In this document: in pieces, positions 9,999-19,480 of the stretch
Position numbering within the stretch: the first letter of the stretch is position 1
How the letters are laid out: each line of letters begins with the position of its first letter
NCBI GenBank assembly: GCA_024278615.1
Contig: JAJRSS010000014.1
Span: forward strand, 1 to 52,699
Reading direction: 5' to 3'
Source: Alphaproteobacteria bacterium
GTDB taxonomy: Bacteria; Pseudomonadota; Alphaproteobacteria; Rhodospirillales; 2-02-FULL-58-16
DNA: 52,699 nucleotides
Translations under genes and position numbers: made by a program
The notes under the pieces: generated by a model
Told to the model about the DNA's origin: nothing
What the model saw: only the letters and a program-made list of their open reading frames with translations
Database searches by the model: none

Positions 9999-10157
9999 CG
10001 GCCCGGAGTTCCTTTATTCACCGACAGGCGCCGTCCACTCAACTCATAGGTATCCATGGTTTGGATTCTACCGACTGGAAGCGCCCTCTCCAAGCACAAT
10101 GCCGCCAACGGTAAAAGGAGAGCCAAGTTGTACTTGAGGTGGGCACAATTGAACCCG

Positions 10158-10877
10158 CTATTGCCGCTCGCCGGTCAACGCCCTGACCATGGCCGCGACC
10201 TTGGGCAGGATGCCCCTGACGATGACCCCTACGCCTTCGGCGTTAGGATGCAGGCCGTCCGCTTGGTTCAATTCCGGCCTGGTCGCGACCCCTTCCAGGA
10301 AAAACGGGTAAAAGGCGACGCCGTGTTTTTCCGCCAGCCGGGGAAAGATGGCGTTGAACTGGACCGTATACCCTCTGCCCAGGTTGGGCGGCGCCCTCAT
10401 GCCGGTCAGCAGCACCCGGATTTCCAACTCCTTGAAGCGCCCGATCAATTTGTCCAGGTTGGCGAAGGTCAACGGCGGATCGACGCCGCGCAAGCCATCG
10501 TTGGCGCCCAGTTCCAGGATCACCATTTGAGGTGGGGCGCCGCCGGTGGCCGCCAGCGCCCAATCCAGGCGGGCCAGCCCACCGGTGGTGGTGTCGCCGG
10601 AAACGCCGGCGTTGGTGATTTCGACCCGGAAACCCTCATCGTTCAGCGCCTCTTGCAACCGGACGGGAAAGGAATCGGCACGGGACAGGCCGTATCCGGC
10701 GGTCAGGCTGTCGCCGTAGGCCAGGATACGGAAGGTTTCCCCGGCCCGGGCAGGCAACGAGGCGGGCGACGAGGCGGGCGACGAAACCGTCAACGCAGCG
10801 AGGATCACAATCGGCCCAATCGGTTTGACAAACCATCGGTTGAGGCCATATCGGGTAGAGAGCTTTTTGTGATCCAT
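10158..10877 (-). CDS. SGNH/GDSL arylesterase-lysophospholipase (TesA-like), secreted
   Basis: C-terminal 239 aa of the artefactual 482-aa ORF 10158..11606. The start is at the ATG at 10877 (MDHKKLS...), followed by a signal-like segment, then block I ILAYGDSLTAGYG, GANDGLR and DGLHPNAEG. Confidence 0.85.
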   Translation of the reverse strand: MDHKKLSTRYGLNRWFVKPIGPIVILAALTVSSPASSPASLPARAGETFRILAYGDSLTAGYGLSRADSFPVRLQEALNDEGFRVEITNAGVSGDTTTGGLARLDWALAATGGAPPQMVILELGANDGLRGVDPPLTFANLDKLIGRFKELEIRVLLTGMRAPPNLGRGYTVQFNAIFPRLAEKHGVAFYPFFLEGVATRPELNQADGLHPNAEGVGVIVRGILPKVAAMVRALTGERQ

Positions 10878-10907
10878 ATTTCCTTGTCGCTTGTATCCGG
10901 GGGCTGA

Positions 10908-11654
10908 ATGGCGGAACCCAATAGTACGCATGATTATAAGAGTGATTGTACGCGTAATGGTCATGGCGGCCCCGCCATTCTGCTTGACGATCTTCACCTG
11001 AGGTTGCCCAGCGACGCGGGCCGGGTCAATATCCTTCAGGGCATCAGTTTCGACGTCGAAAGTGGCGAAACCGTGGGCCTTGTGGGGCCGTCCGGGTCGG
11101 GAAAGACCAGCCTTTTGATGGTCTTGGCGGGCTTGGAACGGGCCACTTCGGGCCGGGTGGTGATGGCGGGCTCGGACTTGGGCCGCATGGACGAAGACGC
11201 GCTGGCCCTTTTCCGCCGCGACCGGGTGGGCATCGTGTTCCAGAATTTCCATCTGGTGCCGACCATGAACGCCCTGGAAAACGTCGCCATCCCCCTGGAA
11301 TTCGCCGGCAAGGCGAACGCCTTTGACCTGGCCCGGGAACAGCTTGAAGCGGTGGGGCTGGGCCACCGTATCCGCCACTATCCGGGCCAGCTTTCCGGCG
11401 GCGAACAACAACGGGTCGCCCTGGCCCGGGCTTTCGTTACCGAACCCGCCGTGCTGCTGGCCGACGAGCCCACCGGCAACCTGGACAGCGCCACCGGGCG
11501 GGTGGTGATGGACATGCTGTTCGACCTGCACCAGCGCCGCGGCACAACCCTGATCCTGGTCACCCACCAGCCCGAACTGGCGGAACGGTGCAGCCGCATG
11601 ATCCACCTGGCCGACGGCCGCGTCGCCGACGGCGGGCGGGAAAGCGGCGAATGA
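10908..11654 (+). CDS. ABC transporter ATP-binding protein (YbbA/LolD-like)
   Basis: 248-aa ORF with Walker A GPSGSGKTS, signature LSGGEQQRVALARA and Walker B LLADEPTGNLD. It is divergent from the tesA-like gene, as in the E. coli tesA-ybbA-ybbP arrangement. Confidence 0.88.
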   Translation: MAEPNSTHDYKSDCTRNGHGGPAILLDDLHLRLPSDAGRVNILQGISFDVESGETVGLVGPSGSGKTSLLMVLAGLERATSGRVVMAGSDLGRMDEDALALFRRDRVGIVFQNFHLVPTMNALENVAIPLEFAGKANAFDLAREQLEAVGLGHRIRHYPGQLSGGEQQRVALARAFVTEPAVLLADEPTGNLDSATGRVVMDMLFDLHQRRGTTLILVTHQPELAERCSRMIHLADGRVADGGRESGE

Positions 11655-14227
11655 CCGGCCAAGGGGCGGTTCAGAAAAATCAACTGGTGCTGGCCTGGGC
11701 CATAGCCCGGCGGGAACTGCGGGGCGGCGTCCACGGGTTTCGAATCTTCATCGCCTGCCTGGCCCTGGGCGTTGCCGCCATCGCCGGGGTCGGTTCCCTG
11801 AGTTCGTCCATCGTCGCCGGGTTGCAGGCCGATTCGCGAAAGCTGCTGGGAGGCGACGTGGACCTGGCCCTGCAACACACCCCGGCCACGGACCGGCAGT
11901 TGGCCTACCTGGAAGCCAACACCCAGGCCCTATCCAAAACGGCGGGCATGCGCGCCATGGCCCAGCCGGATGCAGGTTCAGCGCCAAAACCCACACCGGG
12001 ACGAAGCCAACGGGCGATGGTCGAACTGAAGGCGGTGGACGGCCTCTATCCCCTGGTTGGCGCGCTGGAAGCCGAGCCACCCCTGCCGCTCGATCAGATC
12101 CTTGCCCCGGATGGCGACGGTTGGGGCGCCGCCGCCGAGGCCAACCTGCTGTCCCGGCTGGGACTGGCAGTGGGCGATTGGGTCCGCATCGGCGATGCCC
12201 GCTTCCGCATCAAGGCGGTCATTACCCGGGAACCGGACCGGGTGGCCGGCATCCTCAGCTTCGGCCCCAGGGTGATGATTTCCAGCCAGGCCCTGGCGCA
12301 AACCGGGCTGGTGCAGCCGGGCAGCCAGGTGCATTTTCACTACCGGGCCATCCTGCCGCCAGGGGTGGGGGACAAGGCGTGGATCGAGGATATCGAAGAA
12401 GCCTTCCCCAAGGCCGGCTGGCGGGTACGGGGCGCCGACGGCGCCGCCCCCAACGTACGCCGGTTCATCGACCGCATGACCCTGTTCCTCACCTTCGTCG
12501 GATTGACGGCGTTGCTGGTCGGCGGCATCGGCGTCAGCGGTGCCGTCGGCAGTTACCTGGACGGCAAGACCGCCACCATCGCCACCCTCAAATGCCTGGG
12601 CGCGCCCGGCGGCCTGGTGTTCAGGATTTACCTGCTGCAGATCCTGGTCCTCGGCCTGGGCGGCATCCTCATCGGCCTGGGGGTTGGAGTCTTCGTCCCC
12701 CTGGCGGTGCTGGGCGCCCTGTCCGGACAGTTGCCGGTGCAGCCGATCGGCGGGTTTTACCTGGAACCCGTGGGGAAGGCCGCCGCCTTCGGCCTGATCA
12801 CGGCGATAACCTTCACCCTGTGGCCCCTGGCCCGGGCCAGCGCCATTCCCGCCGCCTCCCTTTTCCGCGACCGGGTGGCACCTTCTCATGTCCGGGCTGG
12901 CCGAAAGGCGGTCGCCGCCATGGGCGCCGGCGTCCTGGCCCTGGCCCTGCTGACCGTATTTACCGCCAGCGACCGGGGCTTTGCCCTGTGGTTCGTCGGC
13001 GGCGCCATGATTACCCTGCTGGCCCTGCGCCTGGGCGCCAATCTGGTGGTGGACGTGGCCCGCCGCCTGCCCCGGCCCCGCAATCCGGTCTGGCGCCTGG
13101 TGCAGGCCAACCTCTACCGGCCCGACGCGGCGACCATGCGGGTGGTGTTGTCCCTGGGGCTGGGGGTTTCGGTCCTCGTCGCCATTGGGCTGATCGAAGG
13201 CAACCTCAAGCGCGAGATTACCAGCAACCTGCCGGAAAGCGCGCCGGCGCTGTTCTTCCTCGATATCCAGCCCCCACAGGTGGAGGCCTTCGACGCCACC
13301 GTGACCGCCGTTCCCGGCACCAGCGGCCTGCAACGCATGCCGACGCTCAGGGGCCGCATTACCGCCATCGGCGGCGTGCCGGTGGAACAGGTGGATATCG
13401 ACCCCCATGTGGCCTGGGCGGTGCGCGGCGACCGGGTGCTGACCTTCGCCGCCCGCCCGGCGGAGCACGCTGAAATCGTCGACGGGGAATGGTGGCCCGT
13501 CGATTATTCGGGACCGCCGGCCATTTCCCTGGACGCCGAACTGGCCCGGGGGTTCGGCGTCGGCATCGGCGATACCCTGACCCTCAGCGTCCTCGGCCGG
13601 GACATCGAAGCCACCATCGCCAACACAAGACGCATCAACTGGCGCAGCCTGCGCTTCGATTTCGCCATCATCTTCGCCCCTGGCGTCCTGGAAGGCGCGC
13701 CTTATACTCACATCGCCGCCATCAACGCCCCTGCCGACACCGAAGAGGCGGTGGAAAACGCCATCGCCAAGGATTTCCGCAACGTCACCGCCATCCGGGT
13801 GCGCGAAGCGCTGGAAGCGGCATCGCGAATCCTGGCCGGGGTGGGAACCGCCGTCCGGGGATCGGCGGCCATCGCCCTGATCGCCGGGGTGCTGGTATTG
13901 GCCGGCACCATCGCCGCCGGGCACCGGCGAAGGGTTTACGATGCTGTGGTATTCAAGGTTCTGGGCGCCACCCGGCGGCGCATCGTCACCGCTTTCGTGC
14001 TGGAATACGGGGTATTGGGGGTGGTCACGGGGATCATCGCCGCCGGGGTGGGCACGGTGACCGCCTGGGCGGTGATCGTCTACCTGATGAGCATGACCTG
14101 GACTTTCCTGCCGGGAGTGGTGGCGATAATGATCGTCGGCAGCCTGGGTCTCACCGTGGCCGCCGGATTGGCCGGAACCTGGCGGATTTTGGGGCAAAAA
14201 GCCGCTCCCTACCTGCGTAACGAGTAG
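11651..14227 (+). CDS. FtsX-family ABC transporter permease (YbbP-like, duplicated FtsX domains)
   Basis: 858 aa counted from the ATG at 11651, which overlaps the ATPase stop (ATGA). Multiple hydrophobic segments occur in two blocks separated by a large soluble domain. Confidence 0.85.
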   Translation: MTGQGAVQKNQLVLAWAIARRELRGGVHGFRIFIACLALGVAAIAGVGSLSSSIVAGLQADSRKLLGGDVDLALQHTPATDRQLAYLEANTQALSKTAGMRAMAQPDAGSAPKPTPGRSQRAMVELKAVDGLYPLVGALEAEPPLPLDQILAPDGDGWGAAAEANLLSRLGLAVGDWVRIGDARFRIKAVITREPDRVAGILSFGPRVMISSQALAQTGLVQPGSQVHFHYRAILPPGVGDKAWIEDIEEAFPKAGWRVRGADGAAPNVRRFIDRMTLFLTFVGLTALLVGGIGVSGAVGSYLDGKTATIATLKCLGAPGGLVFRIYLLQILVLGLGGILIGLGVGVFVPLAVLGALSGQLPVQPIGGFYLEPVGKAAAFGLITAITFTLWPLARASAIPAASLFRDRVAPSHVRAGRKAVAAMGAGVLALALLTVFTASDRGFALWFVGGAMITLLALRLGANLVVDVARRLPRPRNPVWRLVQANLYRPDAATMRVVLSLGLGVSVLVAIGLIEGNLKREITSNLPESAPALFFLDIQPPQVEAFDATVTAVPGTSGLQRMPTLRGRITAIGGVPVEQVDIDPHVAWAVRGDRVLTFAARPAEHAEIVDGEWWPVDYSGPPAISLDAELARGFGVGIGDTLTLSVLGRDIEATIANTRRINWRSLRFDFAIIFAPGVLEGAPYTHIAAINAPADTEEAVENAIAKDFRNVTAIRVREALEAASRILAGVGTAVRGSAAIALIAGVLVLAGTIAAGHRRRVYDAVVFKVLGATRRRIVTAFVLEYGVLGVVTGIIAAGVGTVTAWAVIVYLMSMTWTFLPGVVAIMIVGSLGLTVAAGLAGTWRILGQKAAPYLRNE

Positions 14228-14328
14228 GTGAATTCGGGCCGGTTCCTATTGATTTCACCTCTGTTCCTGCCATATTAACACTCAGCAAGGACTATCGCCC
14301 GGGAAGGGCGCCTGAAAGGGGAAAACTC

Positions 14329-15087
14329 ATGGCTTTCGGACCAGACAACAAATTTACCCTGCGCGCCGGACCAATGACCGGGGCCGCCGACGCCGCGCAG
14401 ATCGATGTCGGCCTCAGGGAATACATGCTCCGGGTGTACAACTACATGGCCTCGGGCCTGGCGCTGACCGGCATCATCGCCTACGTGTCCGCCAATACGC
14501 CGGCGGTCCTCAACCTGCTATACGCCACGGGCCCGGGCGGCACCATCCAGCCGACCATGCTGGCCTATGTGGCCATGTTCTCGCCCTTGGCCTTCGTGCT
14601 CGCTCTGTCCTTCGGCATCAACCGCATGAAGGCGTCAACGGCGCAGGCCGTGTTCTGGGGGTTTTCGGCCATCATGGGCCTGTCCCTGGCGCACATCTTC
14701 CTGTTGTATACCGGCACCAGCATCGCCCGCGTGTTCTTTATCACCGCCGGCACCTTCGCCGGCATGAGCCTTTATGGCTACACCACCAAGCGGGACCTGA
14801 CCGGCATGGGGTCGTTCCTGATGATGGGCCTGATCGGCATCATCATTGCCTCGGTGGTCAACATGTTCATGCAAAGCGCGGCCATGCAATTCGTCATCTC
14901 GGTGATCGGGGTGCTGGTCTTCGTCGGCCTCACCGCCTACGACACCCAGAAGATCAAGTCCATCTACAGGGAATCCGACGGCTCGGAAGTGGCCACCAAG
15001 AAGGCGGTCATGGGCGCGGTGACCCTGTACCTGGATTTCATCAACCTGTTCCTCATGCTGCTCAGGCTGTTCGGCGACCGCCGCTGA
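14329..15087 (+). CDS. Bax-inhibitor-1/YccA family membrane protein
   Basis: 252-aa ORF with 7 hydrophobic segments, a conserved N-terminal YMLRVYNYMASGL and a C-terminal LYLDFINLFLMLLRLFG. Confidence 0.88.
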   Translation: MAFGPDNKFTLRAGPMTGAADAAQIDVGLREYMLRVYNYMASGLALTGIIAYVSANTPAVLNLLYATGPGGTIQPTMLAYVAMFSPLAFVLALSFGINRMKASTAQAVFWGFSAIMGLSLAHIFLLYTGTSIARVFFITAGTFAGMSLYGYTTKRDLTGMGSFLMMGLIGIIIASVVNMFMQSAAMQFVISVIGVLVFVGLTAYDTQKIKSIYRESDGSEVATKKAVMGAVTLYLDFINLFLMLLRLFGDRR

Positions 15088-15106
15088 CGTTCTGATTGCA
15101 ACAGAC

Positions 15107-15141
15107 GTTCTTTCAGCCGCCCGGAGGGGGAACCTTCCGGG
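15107..15141 (+). terminator. Stem-loop CCGCCCGGA(10 nt)TCCGGGCGG + TTTCGATT between convergent genes
   Basis: 9-bp perfect GC-rich stem read directly, 20 nt after the BI-1 stop. The U-tract is short. Confidence 0.45.
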
Positions 15142-15151
15142 CGGTTTCGAT

Positions 15152-15844
15152 TCAAGCGGATTTCCGTTTGCCGGTGAGAATTTCCATGGCCGAGTTGACC
15201 TGGGCCATGCGTTCGTGGCTGCCGTAGCCGCTGTCCGGGTGATGGATGGTGGCCAGCATGCGGAAACGCCCCTGGATGGCGCGGATGGCCGGCGTGCTGC
15301 GGGGCGGGAATCCCAAAACGTAAAGGGCTTCCTCCCGGTTTCTGACGCCGCCGGGCAGCAGGTCGAAAGAAAGCACCGAGACGACGGCGCGAAGCTGGTC
15401 CATTTCTTCCAGGGTCTGGCGGAACTCGGCCCGGTCACGCCCGCTGCGCCCGTTGACGCCCGGCTTTCTTTCGTCCATGCGGGTTACCAGTTTCCCCTGC
15501 TTGAAAGCCAGGGCAAGGTTCAGGGCGCGGCGGATGGTGTGCGCATGGTATCCTTCCGGAGGAACTTTGATCCGCAGGTATGGCTCGCGCCGCCGCTTCA
15601 GCCCCCTGGCGGCGCCGAATTGCAGAACGAAGGTTTCCGACTCGCCGTCTTCCGGTCCGCCCGGATCGGGAAAGGCGGTGACGGTGTCTTTGGGCAGGGT
15701 CAGCACCACCGCCTGGGCAAGGTCCGCGACATTGACCTTCAACCTTTTGGCCATTTCCTCGACCTGGTCGCGAAACGCCGTCGAGCAGGGAACCCTATAG
15801 GCCGGCTGGTCATCGCGCTGTTCGGAATTTTTCTTGGAAACCAT
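15152..15844 (-). CDS. J-domain (DnaJ-like) protein with an unrecognised N-terminal region
   Basis: The start was set at the ATG at 15844 (MVSKKNSEQ...), giving 230 aa. The C-terminal ~65 aa, EEALYVLGFPPRSTPAIRAIQGRFRMLATIHHPDSGYGSHERMAQVNSAMEIL, contains the HPD tripeptide in J-domain context. Confidence 0.65.
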   Translation of the reverse strand: MVSKKNSEQRDDQPAYRVPCSTAFRDQVEEMAKRLKVNVADLAQAVVLTLPKDTVTAFPDPGGPEDGESETFVLQFGAARGLKRRREPYLRIKVPPEGYHAHTIRRALNLALAFKQGKLVTRMDERKPGVNGRSGRDRAEFRQTLEEMDQLRAVVSVLSFDLLPGGVRNREEALYVLGFPPRSTPAIRAIQGRFRMLATIHHPDSGYGSHERMAQVNSAMEILTGKRKSA

Positions 15845-16211
15845 GAAACGGAAAAACCTTCGGAAGAAATGGGGATGGACTGTCTGGAAAGAGGCCGCCA
15901 AAAGGAAACAAGGATATGCCGAGGTACTATCGATACCTTCAGGGGTTAAAATTGCGTAAAGTTGTGGCGCCGAACCGGCCCAGGCAACCCCTGTGGCCAC
16001 CACGCCTGGCCTCCGGCGGCCGGACCTCCGGCCGAGGCCAGGCGCGGGGACCGGAAAAATCGAGCGTCACTGGCCTGGCATTGGCTTTCCAGCCGTCCGA
16101 CTGGGTGATGGGCGGTGCGGTATAGGGCGCCGCGGAAAACCGGGCGGGCGTTGCCGATTCCATGCCTTGGCACGACAACAAACACTCTGTCCATTATTCC
16201 CGAGAAAACGG

Positions 16212-16242
16212 AAATCCAGGAAAATCGCGGGATCCTGGATTT
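16212..16242 (-). terminator. Hairpin AAATCCAGGA(11 nt)TCCTGGATTT downstream of rarD
   Basis: 10-bp perfect stem. On the minus strand it is followed by CCGTTTTCTC, about 80 nt after the rarD stop. Confidence 0.3.
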
Positions 16243-16319
16243 CGGCTCTCCGCTTCGCTCCGACCGGAATGACGGGAAACGGAAATTGCCGCGCCTGCGC
16301 GCTTGGCCTTTTGCCCCGG

Positions 16320-17237
16320 TTACGAAGATTTTGGCGTCGTTTCCGGCCGCCGGCGATGGCGGAGGGAATCCCCGGAATAGAGGATCAACGCCATCCAGAT
16401 ACCGCCGAAGGCGACCCCGTAGGCGGCGGTCAGTGTTTCGCCAAAGACCAGCACCGCCAGCAGGAAATGGCTCGTCGGCGTGATATATTGGAACAGCCCC
16501 AGGGTGGAAAGCCGCAACCGCTTGGCGGCGGCGGCGAAGAGGATCAGCGGCAGGGCGGTGACCACGCCGGCCAGCACCAAAAGCCCGCTCAATTGCCATC
16601 CGCCACGGATGAAATTGGCGCTCCCGGCAACGTCCAGGTAAACGATATAGGCCAGCGCCATGGGCGCCAGGATCAGGGTTTCCATGAACAACCCGGTCAG
16701 GGCGTCGGCCTTGGCCACCTTGCGGATCATGCCATAGGCGCCGAAGGTGAAGGCCAGGGTCAGGCCGATCCAGGGCAGATAGCCGAAGCGGGCGATCATT
16801 ACCACCACCGCCACCGCCGCCAGGGCCACCGCCGCCCACTGCACGGCGCGCAGCCGTTCGCCCAGAACCACCACGCCCAGGAAAACGCTGACCAGGGGGG
16901 TGATGTAGTATCCCAGGCTGGATTCCAGCACGAAGCCGTGGGCTACCGCCCAGATGAAGATCAGCCAGTTGGTGGACACCAGCAGGGAAGACGCCACCAG
17001 GGTCAGGAACAGCCGCCGGTTTTTCAGCACCCCCGTCACCGCCCGCCACCGCCCGGCGGCGGAGATCAGGATGGCGACGAAGACCACCGACCACACCACC
17101 CGGTGGGCCAATATCTCCAATACCGGCGCCGCCGCCACCGCCTTGAAATAGATGGGGAACACCCCCCACAGTAGAAACGCCGCCAGGGCAAAGCCCGTGC
17201 CGGCCGCGGTGGTGTCCAATTCCGACTCTCTGGTCAA
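16320..17237 (-). CDS. rarD: EamA/RarD family transporter
   Basis: 305-aa ORF with 10 hydrophobic segments. The N-terminal GTGFALAAFLLWGVFPIYFK matches the RarD pattern. Confidence 0.82.
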   Translation of the reverse strand: MTRESELDTTAAGTGFALAAFLLWGVFPIYFKAVAAAPVLEILAHRVVWSVVFVAILISAAGRWRAVTGVLKNRRLFLTLVASSLLVSTNWLIFIWAVAHGFVLESSLGYYITPLVSVFLGVVVLGERLRAVQWAAVALAAVAVVVMIARFGYLPWIGLTLAFTFGAYGMIRKVAKADALTGLFMETLILAPMALAYIVYLDVAGSANFIRGGWQLSGLLVLAGVVTALPLILFAAAAKRLRLSTLGLFQYITPTSHFLLAVLVFGETLTAAYGVAFGGIWMALILYSGDSLRHRRRPETTPKSS

Positions 17238-17865
17238 ACGCTTCCGAACCTTTTGCTTCTACCGGGGACACGGTTGTCTCCGAATTCTTGCCCGGCGGTT
17301 CGGCCGGATCGCTCCATCATAGCGCCCTTTGGCCTTGGCCTACCAAGGTATTACGCGATGGATAAGACTTGGGGCGGGTGAAATATCGTATGGCCGACAC
17401 CAATCTGCGAAGCGACAATGAGGAATGGTGGTTCAAGGCCCCCTTGCCGACCTTGAAGACGTGAACCTGCCGGACAGGTTCCGTCGGTAAGTGAACCTTG
17501 CCCCGCCGCCCGGCGCCAGCGTCATGGTGGAAACCGTGTGGCCGGCGGTTGGCGCCCATTACCGCCAAGAGGATGGAACCTTCAACATTTCCTCCGCCTG
17601 CCAGGACCTGCTGGCCTTTTCGCCCATGCTGGAAATGGCCGGCCAGACGGCCCACCCGCCGGGAGATGCCGGGGGATGCCTGAGCAACGGTGCCGGCAAT
17701 GGAGGAGGATTTGAGAAATGCCGCCGGACGGCCTTTCTCGGGCGCTTCAAGAATCCACTAATTCTGAAGGACTCCGACCGAGAAGCAAATTTGCAACAAC
17801 CGCTACCGGCGAGTTGCCCCGATCATCGGCCATCCAGAATAACCCGTTGCCTGGCAAAGACTCCG

Positions 17866-19329
17866 TTATCTTGGTGCGGTGACCTTATCAATTTCCATTT
17901 TCGCTGATAACACCGCGTCAAGCGCCTCACCCTTCCGATCTTCTGGAACCCGTTTGAAATGAACCGGGTGCATTGCGTAATCAATAATGTTTTCAAGATG
18001 GTCGAAGTGCATCTGATGCATGAAACCATGATAACTGGACGGCCGAAGAGCCTCATCGTGGTCGGGTTTCTTGACCAGCATGATGCAGACGGAACCGGCC
18101 AGACAGGCGAAGCCCAAGATGGAAAAGGCCAACGGGAAATTGCCCATATCGCCCAGAATGCCCCCAAATACCGGCCCGACGACTCCGCCAACGCCGTAGG
18201 ACAAAAAAATGAGCGGATAGTTCTGGCCAATCCGGTCATTGCCGAAAACATCGGCGGTTAGGGTCGGGAACAAGGCGAAGTTGCCACCGAAATTAAACCC
18301 GATCAGCATGGCGCCGAAATAAAGCAGGTATTCGTTGCCGGCCATCGAAGTAAACGCAAAAAGGATAAAGGCCTGGGTCGTGGTCATTATCGCTATTGAT
18401 CGCCGCCGGCCGATCCTGTCGCTCAGCGTTCCCCAGACGATACGCCCGACCCCATTGGAAAGACTGAAGAACACGGCCATGGCAGTGCCCGCGATGGCGC
18501 TCGCTTCGATGGCGCCGTATCCGGCCGCCTGCAGGGCCTCCATCGGGTAAAGTTTCATCAGGCCAATCGACATCAATCCGGCTCCGGCGCTGACCGTTAA
18601 CGTCAGGAACACCAGATAGAATTGTGGCGTGCGCAGCATTTCCCGCACCGTGTAATTCTGCCTCCCCTTGGCCGCCGCCGGGGCCGTATCGACGAAACCT
18701 TCCGGCTTCCAACCCTTGGGCGGCATTACCATCCACACGCTGCCAAGCAGAATCAGGGCGGCGAAGGCAAAGCCGTAGATGAGGAACGTCGTAGACAAGC
18801 CGTAGAGTTCGATCAAATTCCCCCAGGCACCGGCCATTTTGATCCAACCCATGGCGCCGAAACCGAAACCGGCCACCGCCAGGCCGGTGATCAGGCCTTT
18901 CTTGTCCGGAAACCAGCGCATGCCAACGGCGATCGGCACCATGTATCCCAAGCCGATACCGGCGCCGCCGATCAGGCCGATCCCCAGGCACACCGCCCAA
19001 AATTCGGTGCCACCGAAAATACCGGAAAAAATATAGCCCGCGCCAAGAGTAACACCACCGGCCGCGGCGAGTTTCCGCGGCCCGAACTTAGCCATGCCGC
19101 GGCCGGCGAAGACCATGACCAACGCGAAGGTGATGAGGCCGACGGCAAAAACAATCTGGGTTTCCACCTTGTTCCAACCGGCGGCCTTGAGGGCTGGCGT
19201 AAATACCGACCAGGCGTAGATCGCTCCCAGACTCAGCTGAATGAGCATTGATCCAAGGACGACGAGCCAACGGTTTCGGGGGGGATTAACCTGAATCAAT
19301 TTATCCTCCCAAATGGTTTTATGATTCAA
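17866..19329 (-). CDS. MFS transporter, oxalate/formate antiporter (OFA)-like, with ~70-aa His-rich C-terminal tail
   Basis: 487-aa ORF. The N-terminus NRWLVVLGSMLIQLSLGAIYAWSVF is typical of OFA-family MFS proteins, and there are 12 hydrophobic segments. The tail reads KKPDHDEALRPSSYHGFMHQMHFDHLENIIDYAMHPVHF... Confidence 0.85.
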   Translation of the reverse strand: MNHKTIWEDKLIQVNPPRNRWLVVLGSMLIQLSLGAIYAWSVFTPALKAAGWNKVETQIVFAVGLITFALVMVFAGRGMAKFGPRKLAAAGGVTLGAGYIFSGIFGGTEFWAVCLGIGLIGGAGIGLGYMVPIAVGMRWFPDKKGLITGLAVAGFGFGAMGWIKMAGAWGNLIELYGLSTTFLIYGFAFAALILLGSVWMVMPPKGWKPEGFVDTAPAAAKGRQNYTVREMLRTPQFYLVFLTLTVSAGAGLMSIGLMKLYPMEALQAAGYGAIEASAIAGTAMAVFFSLSNGVGRIVWGTLSDRIGRRRSIAIMTTTQAFILFAFTSMAGNEYLLYFGAMLIGFNFGGNFALFPTLTADVFGNDRIGQNYPLIFLSYGVGGVVGPVFGGILGDMGNFPLAFSILGFACLAGSVCIMLVKKPDHDEALRPSSYHGFMHQMHFDHLENIIDYAMHPVHFKRVPEDRKGEALDAVLSAKMEIDKVTAPR

Positions 19330-19480
19330 TCGCGCGATTTTACAGCCTGAGATATTGGAAAACAGTTAATGTCAAAGGTGGTATTTGGCCGCCTGGATCA
19401 AGCGGCGACCTGGGTGATTTCCGGTGCTTCAATACCCCCTTTACCGTGCCGGCGTGGAACGACAAGGGCGGCCTGAACAA

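Noticed and set aside
10158-11606. 482-aa ORF apparently fusing an unknown N-terminal region to the GDSL esterase.
   Set aside because: The N-terminal 240 codons are antisense to the well-supported ABC ATPase gene (10908..11654). The esterase has its own ATG and signal peptide at 10877.
11978-14197. Very long antisense or alternative-frame ORFs in the track. Examples are 11978..14197 minus (739 aa), 8349..9518 plus, 45464..47338 plus, 15946..17271 minus, 12121..13473 plus, 42489..43700 plus and 1839..2660 minus.
   Set aside because: They lie opposite to, or out of frame with, genes that have clear family motifs. They are Arg/Gly/Pro/Ala-rich with no recognisable motifs. They are the expected stop-codon-poor frames of 65-70% GC DNA.
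15960-16060. GC-rich hairpin region tested by eye against SRP (4.5S) RNA.
   Set aside because: The conserved SRP domain IV sequence (GGAAGGAAGCAG-like) is absent. It is kept only as an unexplained structured intergenic region.
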